From positions 21,629 to 85,628 of the forward strand of contig CALVJB010000001.1 of the NCBI GenBank assembly GCA_944332025.1: a stretch of DNA of 64,000 bases, read 5' to 3'. Position numbers and translations under genes: made by a program. This document shows, piece by piece, positions 57,980 to 64,000 of this stretch. Source of the stretch: an uncultured Bacilli bacterium (lineage in GTDB: Bacteria > Bacillota_I > Bacilli_A > RF39 > UBA660). The notes below the pieces were generated by a model, which did no database searches, was not told the origin of the DNA, and saw only the letters and a program-made list of their open reading frames with translations. Within the stretch, counting starts at the first letter, position 1; each line of letters begins with the position of its first letter.

Positions 57980-60472
57980 TTACTTTCCACAGCATTGTTT
58001 GTACTTCTTTCCACTCCCACATGGACATGGGTCATTTCTACCTACTTTTTTTACTTTCTTAGGTGTTTTCTTTGTATCTTTAACATCATTAGTCTGTTGA
58101 TTCTTTGCAACTTGTTTTCTTTCAATATTTTGTCTAATTTCTGCTTTAAGTAAGAATACTGTAATATCTCTATCTATTTTTTGAAGCATATCATCAAATA
58201 GTCCATAACCTTCTGTAGTATATGCTCTTAGAGGGTCATCTTGTCCATATTGACGAAGATAGATACCTTCTCTTAAGTGACTCATTACATTAATTTGTTC
58301 CATCCAGTAGTTATCTATAACTTGTAGTGATAAAGCTTTTTCAAATTCATTACTAATTTCTACTGGCACTTCTTTAATCTTAGCTTCATATTCTTCTTTA
58401 GCTTTTTCATAAATATATTCTATTATATCATCAGCATCTCTATTTTCTAATTCAACTTTACTTATATCATTCTTTAGTAAGTTTTCATTAGCAAAGTCTG
58501 TAATACTTTGTAATTCTTCATCAGTAATTGTACTATCTGCATTTCTTGATTTAACTAAATCTGTAACATGATTATGAATAGAGTTTAATACTGTTTCATG
58601 AATAGATTCACTATCTAGGATTTCATTACGTTTACCATACATGATTTCTCTTTGAGTATTCATAACATCATCATATTGTAGTAAATGTTTTCTAGCATCA
58701 AAGTTATTTCCTTCTACACGTTTTTGAGCAGTTCCTATTGCTTTTGTAAAGGTTTTACTTTGAATAGCTTGATCTCCAAAACCAAAGCTTTTCATCATTT
58801 CTCTAATGTGTTCGCTACCGAATCTAATCATTAAGTCATCTTCCATAGAGACAAAGAACTGAGTATAACCTGGGTCTCCTTGACGACCAGAACGTCCTCT
58901 TAACTGATTATCAATACGACGTGATTCATGACGTTCAGTACCTATTACACAAAGTCCTCCAAGTTCTCTTATTTCATCTGATAGTTTGATATCGGTACCA
59001 CGTCCTGCCATGTTAGTAGCGATGGTAACAGAACGATGTTCTCCGATTTTAGAAATAATTTCTGCTTCACGAGCATGGTTTTTAGCATTTAATATTTCAT
59101 GAGGAATATGAGCTTTCTTTAATAAGTCACTAATTAATTCACTAGTTTCAATGGCTATAGTACCAATTAAAACTGGTTGTCCTTTATCGTAACGACTCTT
59201 TACCTCATTAATAATAGCTTTATATTTAGCACTACGTGTAGCAAATACTAAATCTGGGGCATCTACTCTTATTACTGGTTTATTAGTAGGTATTTCTATA
59301 ACATACATATTATAAATATCTCTAAATTCTTCTTCTTCTGTTTTAGCAGTACCAGTCATACCTGATAGTTTCTTATACATTCTAAATAAGTTTTGGAAGG
59401 TAATAGTTGCAAGTGTTTTAGTTTCTTGGTTAATCTTAACTCCTTCTTTAGCTTCTATCGCTTGATGAAGTCCATCACTATAAGCTCTTCCTTTCATTAA
59501 ACGTCCAGTAAATTGGTCTACTATTACTATTTCATCATCTTGAACAACATAGTCTACATCTTTTTTCATAGCATAGTTAGCTCGTAGGGCTTGGTTAATA
59601 TAATGAAGTAAAGTAGCATTTTCTATTTCATATAGATTTTTAATCTTAAACATTTTCTCTGCTTTTTCACTACCTTCATCAGTAAGTGATACACTGATGG
59701 TACTTTTACCTGTCTCATCACAGATATAATCAGTCTCTTCTTTAAGAGATTTTGCAAATTTATCAGCATCTATATATAGGTTGGCACTATGTTGTGCTCC
59801 TCCTGATATTATTAATGGAGTTCTTGCTTCATCTATTAGAATAGAGTCAACCTCATCGACGATAGCGAAGTTTAAAGGACGTTGTACTCTATTTTCTTTT
59901 CTAATTACCATATTATCTCTTAAGTAATCAAAACCTATTTCATTATTAGTTGAATATAAAATATCACAGTTATAAGCTTCTTGTTTCTCTTTAGGAGACA
60001 TATCTCTTGTATTAACACCTACAGTTAAACCAAGAAATCTATGTATTCCTCCCATCCATTCAGCATCACGAGTTGCAAGATATTCATTAACTGTAATAAT
60101 ATGAACACCTTTTCCTTCTAAGGCATTAAGATAGGCAGGCATAACACAAGTTAAAGTTTTACCTTCACCAGTTTTCATTTCTGCTATATTACCATAATGA
60201 ATAGCAAGTGCACCTAGTACTTGAACATAGAATGGTTTTTCTCCTATAACACGATATGCTGCTTCTCTTGCAACAGCGAAACCTTCTACTAAGATATCTT
60301 CTAGTGTTTCTCCGTTTGCTAATCTTTCTTTAAACTCTTCTGTTTTATGTTTTAATTCATCATCACTTAACTTAGTCATCTCTTCATCAAGTGCGACTAT
60401 TTTGTCAGCTTGTGCTGTAAACTTTTTTAATTCTTTATATTCATGATCAAATAGTTTTCTAAATAATCCCAT
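57980..60472 (-). CDS. secA: Preprotein translocase ATPase SecA
   Basis: 830 aa. MKTGEGKTL Walker A, a DEVD box, and the C-terminal zinc motif CPCGSGKKYKQCCG. Start taken at M4 behind AAGGAG. Confidence 0.97.
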   Translation of the reverse strand: MGLFRKLFDHEYKELKKFTAQADKIVALDEEMTKLSDDELKHKTEEFKERLANGETLEDILVEGFAVAREAAYRVIGEKPFYVQVLGALAIHYGNIAEMKTGEGKTLTCVMPAYLNALEGKGVHIITVNEYLATRDAEWMGGIHRFLGLTVGVNTRDMSPKEKQEAYNCDILYSTNNEIGFDYLRDNMVIRKENRVQRPLNFAIVDEVDSILIDEARTPLIISGGAQHSANLYIDADKFAKSLKEETDYICDETGKSTISVSLTDEGSEKAEKMFKIKNLYEIENATLLHYINQALRANYAMKKDVDYVVQDDEIVIVDQFTGRLMKGRAYSDGLHQAIEAKEGVKINQETKTLATITFQNLFRMYKKLSGMTGTAKTEEEEFRDIYNMYVIEIPTNKPVIRVDAPDLVFATRSAKYKAIINEVKSRYDKGQPVLIGTIAIETSELISDLLKKAHIPHEILNAKNHAREAEIISKIGEHRSVTIATNMAGRGTDIKLSDEIRELGGLCVIGTERHESRRIDNQLRGRSGRQGDPGYTQFFVSMEDDLMIRFGSEHIREMMKSFGFGDQAIQSKTFTKAIGTAQKRVEGNNFDARKHLLQYDDVMNTQREIMYGKRNEILDSESIHETVLNSIHNHVTDLVKSRNADSTITDEELQSITDFANENLLKNDISKVELENRDADDIIEYIYEKAKEEYEAKIKEVPVEISNEFEKALSLQVIDNYWMEQINVMSHLREGIYLRQYGQDDPLRAYTTEGYGLFDDMLQKIDRDITVFLLKAEIRQNIERKQVAKNQQTNDVKDTKKTPKKVKKVGRNDPCPCGSGKKYKQCCGK

Positions 60473-60598
60473 TATAAACATCTCCTTGCATATAGTATTT
60501 TATCAAAAAATAAAGATAATAAAAAGGTTTTAAGGTTATTTTGTCAAAAAAAGAATGATATTTTCATACCATTCTCAATTATTTAACTTTATTCAGCT

Positions 60599-61126
60599 TT
60601 ACTCAGCTTCTATTATACCATAGCCACCATTTTTTCTTTTATAAACCACTGCTTCTTTGTCAGTGTCAACATTTTTAAATAAATAAAATTCATGACCTAG
60701 TAATTCTAATTGAAGTATTGCCTCTTCTTCATCCATTGGCTTTACTTCTATTTTCTTATGTTTGATAATATTATTTTCTTCATGTTCCTCTTCTTCAATA
60801 TCTACAATACTAAAGTCAATTCTAGTCTTTGCTTCTTTAGCTTTAATCTTAGTCTTATTCTTTCTTATTTGACGTTCTATAACATCTATAGCTTTATCTA
60901 CTGATGCATAGAAATCATCCTGTGTCTCTTCAGACCTAATAATAAAATTGTGAAGTGGAATTGTAATTTCGACAGTTTGCATATGTCCTTTAACTTTTAC
61001 TACTACGTTAGCACGTACACTATCACTATTTTCTAGATACTTCTCTAGTCTTTTCAATTTCTCATTGATGTAGTCTTTCATAGCAGCAGTTACTTCAATT
61101 TTGTCACCACGAATAATAATTTCCAT
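60599..61126 (-). CDS. hpf: Ribosome hibernation promoting factor, long form
   Basis: MEIIIRGDKIEVTAAMKDYINEKLKRLEKY..., plus the C-terminal dimerisation domain (KPMDEEEAILQLELLGHEFYLFKN). Start trimmed to the ATG behind AAGGAAGGTGA. Confidence 0.92.
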   Translation of the reverse strand: MEIIIRGDKIEVTAAMKDYINEKLKRLEKYLENSDSVRANVVVKVKGHMQTVEITIPLHNFIIRSEETQDDFYASVDKAIDVIERQIRKNKTKIKAKEAKTRIDFSIVDIEEEEHEENNIIKHKKIEVKPMDEEEAILQLELLGHEFYLFKNVDTDKEAVVYKRKNGGYGIIEAE

Positions 61127-61176
61127 ATTATCACCTTCCTTGATATTACTATACCACAAAAGGAGCAAAAAACCAA

Positions 61177-61395
61177 CTATTTTGCTAAAGCTGGTTCTTT
61201 TATTGGTGTAACATCGACTGCTTGATATCCCTTGCTAGTTTCAAGTAATGTAAATTCTACATATTGACCTTCAGACAAAGTTTTATAACCGTCGCAATTA
61301 ATAGTTGAATAATGAACGAAAATATCTTCGTTTTCTTTGTACTCGATAAATCCGTAGCCTTTTTCATTATTAAACCACTTTACTTTTCCAATCAC
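61177..61395 (-). CDS. Cold-shock protein (CSD)
   Basis: IGKVKWFNNEKGYGFIE (RNP1) and DIFVHYS (RNP2). GTG start behind GGAGGTGA. Confidence 0.9.
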   Translation of the reverse strand: MIGKVKWFNNEKGYGFIEYKENEDIFVHYSTINCDGYKTLSEGQYVEFTLLETSKGYQAVDVTPIKEPALAK

Positions 61396-61648
61396 TAGGC
61401 TCACCTCCACATCTTTCTATTCCTTCTTAGGTGGCTACTTCTTTTTCAAACGATGTGAGTCCATTATAACAACGGTTATAAGAATATTTAGAAATTTACC
61501 GTCAATTGTTAATTTGAAGCCTTAAAATGTATTTTTCATGAAAAAATATGTCGAAATTACAGTTAATTGCACGAATTATGTATTTTATGGAAAGTTTATA
61601 TTTTTTAAATATTATAGGTCTATAATGTTTATAGCATAGGAGGATGGT

Positions 61649-62242
61649 ATGAAAGAAGCATTTTTAAATCATACTATGAACTTTATTGCAAGTAATCAAG
61701 GAAACTTAAACGATGAAGAAAAAGAAAAATTACAATATGGCTTAGAAGGTTTATATATGACTATAACTAAGCTTGTAGTAATCTTTCTAGTAGCTTTTCT
61801 TCTAGGATTTATTAAAGAGTTTATTATTACGTTAATACTTTTTAATATAATTAGATTCCCTGGTTTTGGATTTCATGCAAGTAAGTCTATAGTTTGTTTA
61901 ATTACGAGTACACTTTTGATATTAGGACTACCATATTTATTTACTAGTATCGAAGTTAGTCTTAATATTAAGATAATTCTATGTATAGTTTCAGTTATAA
62001 CATTTATAATATGTGCTCCTGCTGATACTTGGAAAAGACCTTTAACTAATGAAAAGAAAAGAGTACTTAGAAAAGTAGTGGCTTGTAGTTTGGCAGTTTT
62101 ATATAGTGTACTTATTATAGTGTTTAATGGTATGGAAATTAGTAATTTATTGATGGCAGCTTTACTTATTGAAACAATTTTAATATCTCCTATTATGTAT
62201 TTAATATTTAAAGAGCCATATAGAAATTATAAAAAGGTTTAA
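61649..62242 (+). CDS. agrB: Accessory gene regulator protein B (AgrD-processing membrane peptidase)
   Basis: 197 aa polytopic membrane protein with IRFPGFGFHAS (the conserved His region) and a later Cys. It is followed by an AgrD-like small ORF. Confidence 0.85.
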   Translation: MKEAFLNHTMNFIASNQGNLNDEEKEKLQYGLEGLYMTITKLVVIFLVAFLLGFIKEFIITLILFNIIRFPGFGFHASKSIVCLITSTLLILGLPYLFTSIEVSLNIKIILCIVSVITFIICAPADTWKRPLTNEKKRVLRKVVACSLAVLYSVLIIVFNGMEISNLLMAALLIETILISPIMYLIFKEPYRNYKKV

Positions 62243-62290
62243 ACATTTTATGTTTAAATAAATAGTAATAAAGAAAGGAATGAGAAGGAA

Positions 62291-62410
62291 ATGAAAAAAA
62301 GAATGGCTAAAGTTCTAGCAGCTGTTGCTATGTTAGCTACTGCAAGTGCTAGTATGGGATGTGTTTGGTTCTGTGCAGCTGAACCTAGAGCATTAAAAAA
62401 TATGGACTAA
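62291..62410 (+). CDS. agrD: Autoinducing peptide precursor AgrD
   Basis: Absent from the ORF track because it is only 39 aa. Sequence MKKRMAKVLAAVAMLATASASMGCVWFCAAEPRALKNMD. RBS GAAGGAA. It has an amphipathic leader, a Cys-containing core and a charged tail with EP, 49 nt after agrB. Confidence 0.8.
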   Translation: MKKRMAKVLAAVAMLATASASMGCVWFCAAEPRALKNMD

Positions 62411-62434
62411 AAAATTCGCTTAAAAACGAATTTT
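62411..62434. terminator. Bidirectional terminator between agrD and the convergent kinase gene
   Basis: aaaattcg (62411-62418) pairs with cgaatttt (62427-62434), flanked by A/T runs. Confidence 0.65.
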
Positions 62435-62435
62435 T

Positions 62436-63719
62436 TTATTTTATATAGATTTTTTGTATAAAATAATCATTTAAAAATACTTGTTCTGATTTTAACCATT
62501 TTGTTTTTGATAATACTTTATTTGCATAATACAAACCTTTCCCATGTTCTCCTCCTTTAGTAGTAAAGCCAGTTTTCTTCATTGTTTTTAAAGGAACTAA
62601 TTCCTTGTAAGTGTTTGAAATTGTAAAATTAATTATTTTGTTTAATTCATAAACTTCTAAGGTTACAGTTTTCCTTTTTGACATTTCAGCTGCTTCTAAG
62701 GCGTTATCTAAATATATTCCTAAAATAATACATAATTGGCGAAGACGTTTTTCTGATATTTTTTTTAATAATGTATTAACTTTTGGACTTACTTCTATTA
62801 TTAATTTAACATTTTTATTCTTGGCTAGTGCTACTTTATAATACAGTAATCCTTTTAGTCCACCTTTAGGTATATTCTTTAAATCTTCAATTGCTTGCTC
62901 ATCAATGATAATACTGAATTTTAGCATTTCATCTATTTTATTGATTACTTTCTTATTATTTGTCATGTTCCTAATAATTGACAAATTATTTTTTAATTCA
63001 TGTCTATACATCTGTTCATCATCTATCCAATTTTCAAATGTTTGAACATAATCAAATAAAATTTCATACTTATCTTTTAATCTACCATAATTATTTAATT
63101 CTGAAATATAAAAATAATATAAAATAAAAAGAAAGAAAATACTCAATATGGTTATTATATAGTGTGTATTTAATTTAAATATTTCTGTGATATTAAAGAA
63201 TGCTATTATAATGGTAAATAAGCATATTACAACAAATGTAATAATATTATAATTAGGAGTTTTTTCAATTTTTTTGTGTAAATAATTAATTTTATTTTTT
63301 ATACTTGGAATCATAGAAATTAAAAAGGCTATACATCCTATTAAAACAGTATTTAAAATAACTATATAATTTGTTGTTCTCAATTCCTCATATGTCAAAA
63401 ATAAGGAATTTATAGTTGCTATTAGTATATCTACAACGCCTATTAAAATCATTCCATAACTGCAAATATAAATAGATGATAATAAGTTAATTTTAAAGTA
63501 ATTCCTAAATAGCATAATTGCTAAAATATAGGTTATTAATGAAGTAAACATATTATATTCTGTAGTGTAAAAAAGTAAAGTCGGGATAGATAAAACCAAA
63601 ACTATTAGAATAGTTTGAAGGGTTATCTTGTGTTTTAATTTTAAACTTTTTTGTACAATAAGCAATAGAATTATTTCTAAAAATATTGTTCCTATGAATT
63701 TAGCTATTATTAGTGACAT
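62436..63719 (-). CDS. agrC: AgrC-like sensor histidine kinase (HPK10 type, GHKL ATPase)
   Basis: Six or seven N-terminal TM segments, the H-box YRHELKNNL, and C-terminal N and G boxes (LDNALEA, GGEHGKGLY). Start at the ATG at 63717-63719; the track uses TTG 63725. Confidence 0.8.
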   Translation of the reverse strand: MSLIIAKFIGTIFLEIILLLIVQKSLKLKHKITLQTILIVLVLSIPTLLFYTTEYNMFTSLITYILAIMLFRNYFKINLLSSIYICSYGMILIGVVDILIATINSLFLTYEELRTTNYIVILNTVLIGCIAFLISMIPSIKNKINYLHKKIEKTPNYNIITFVVICLFTIIIAFFNITEIFKLNTHYIITILSIFFLFILYYFYISELNNYGRLKDKYEILFDYVQTFENWIDDEQMYRHELKNNLSIIRNMTNNKKVINKIDEMLKFSIIIDEQAIEDLKNIPKGGLKGLLYYKVALAKNKNVKLIIEVSPKVNTLLKKISEKRLRQLCIILGIYLDNALEAAEMSKRKTVTLEVYELNKIINFTISNTYKELVPLKTMKKTGFTTKGGEHGKGLYYANKVLSKTKWLKSEQVFLNDYFIQKIYIK

Positions 63720-64000
63720 ACTCAATCAACTCCTTCTTACCTGACCTAGATATTAAGTTAGTAGTAACACCATTATCAAATAGTACTTCATTTTCTTTTA
63801 TATCGTAACTTCTTATTTTATCTGTATTTAAAATTAGACTCTTATGTACTTTTAAGAATCTCTTATCTAATTCTTTTGATATGGCATTTAATGTGAATGG
63901 TGCTTTAAATGTACCATAGTCAGTATGTATTATACATCTTTTACTATCTTGTTCTTTTTCAATAAAGATTATGTTCTTTAGCTCTATTTTGTATAAAGTA
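63700..64000 (-). CDS. agrA: LytTR-family response regulator, 3' part (gene runs off the right edge)
   Basis: Hand translation of the minus strand gives ...LYKIELKNIIFIEKEQDSKRCIIHTDYGTFKAPFTLNAISKELDKRFLKVHKSLILNTDKIRSYDIKENEVLFDNGVTTNLISRSGKKELIEYVTNNS*, a LytTR DNA-binding domain. It overlaps the kinase start by 20 nt. Confidence 0.8.
   Translation of the reverse strand, partial: TLYKIELKNIIFIEKEQDSKRCIIHTDYGTFKAPFTLNAISKELDKRFLKVHKSLILNTDKIRSYDIKENEVLFDNGVTTNLISRSGKKELIEYVTNNS

Noticed and set aside
14490-61410. N-terminal extensions of several track ORFs: gap to 15536, rplL to 29153, rplK to 31080, methyltransferase to 25358, ProRS-like to 46527, hpf to 61168, csp to 61410, secA to 60481.
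   Set aside because: In each case a strong Shine-Dalgarno sequence and a family-typical N-terminus occur at an internal start. The extension covers RBS, promoter or leader sequence.
1-64000. Alternative genetic code (UGA = Trp, as in Mollicutes), suggested by the very low GC content.
   Set aside because: Long conserved genes are intact under the standard code, and RF2 (which decodes UGA) is present with a UGA-based autoregulatory frameshift site.

Overview
AT-rich, low-GC Firmicutes chromosome segment. Lineage markers are Spo0A, an agr quorum-sensing locus, long-form HPF and SipW/TasA-type genes. The standard genetic code applies: UGA is a stop and is used in the prfB frameshift. Nearly all genes are on the minus strand; only 1915-3800 and agrBD at 61649-62410 are on plus.

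Core content, left to right:
- Start of the S10 operon (rpsJ-rplC-rplD).
- A small plus-strand accessory block containing a PHP phosphoesterase.
- dinB.
- A glycolytic cluster (gap-pgk-tpiA-gpmI) interleaved with a GT4 glycosyltransferase, spo0A and a DUF4143-type ATPase.
- rpoB-rpoC.
- secE-nusG-rplK-rplA-rplJ-rplL.
- uvrB with a tightly coupled radical SAM/SPASM gene.
- ftsE-ftsX plus a coiled-coil M23 peptidase.
- Two tandem YitT-family genes.
- prfB with the programmed +1 frameshift.
- secA, hpf and a cold-shock gene.
- An agrB-agrD pair convergent with a LytTR response regulator and AgrC-like kinase.

The most interesting part is a ~14.6 kb accessory block wedged between secA and prfB (43.3-57.9 kb). 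It holds:
1. A two-gene unit whose 664-667 aa protein has two RNxxxHG (HEPN-like) motifs plus a 74 aa partner, with no CRISPR array nearby.
2. An orphan DapB-like amine dehydrogenase.
3. A SipW signal peptidase locus with four TasA/camelysin-like proteins and a 1595 aa GLUG/Listeria-Bacteroides-repeat surface protein.
4. An INS-less ProRS-like synthetase with its own promoter.
5. A 574-577 aa coiled-coil protein.

A decayed mobile-element scar (truncated integrase plus a frameshifted csaA-like pseudogene) lies between uvrB and the ftsEX block. No rRNA, tRNA or CRISPR array was recognised. All family assignments come from reading motifs by eye, not from database searches.
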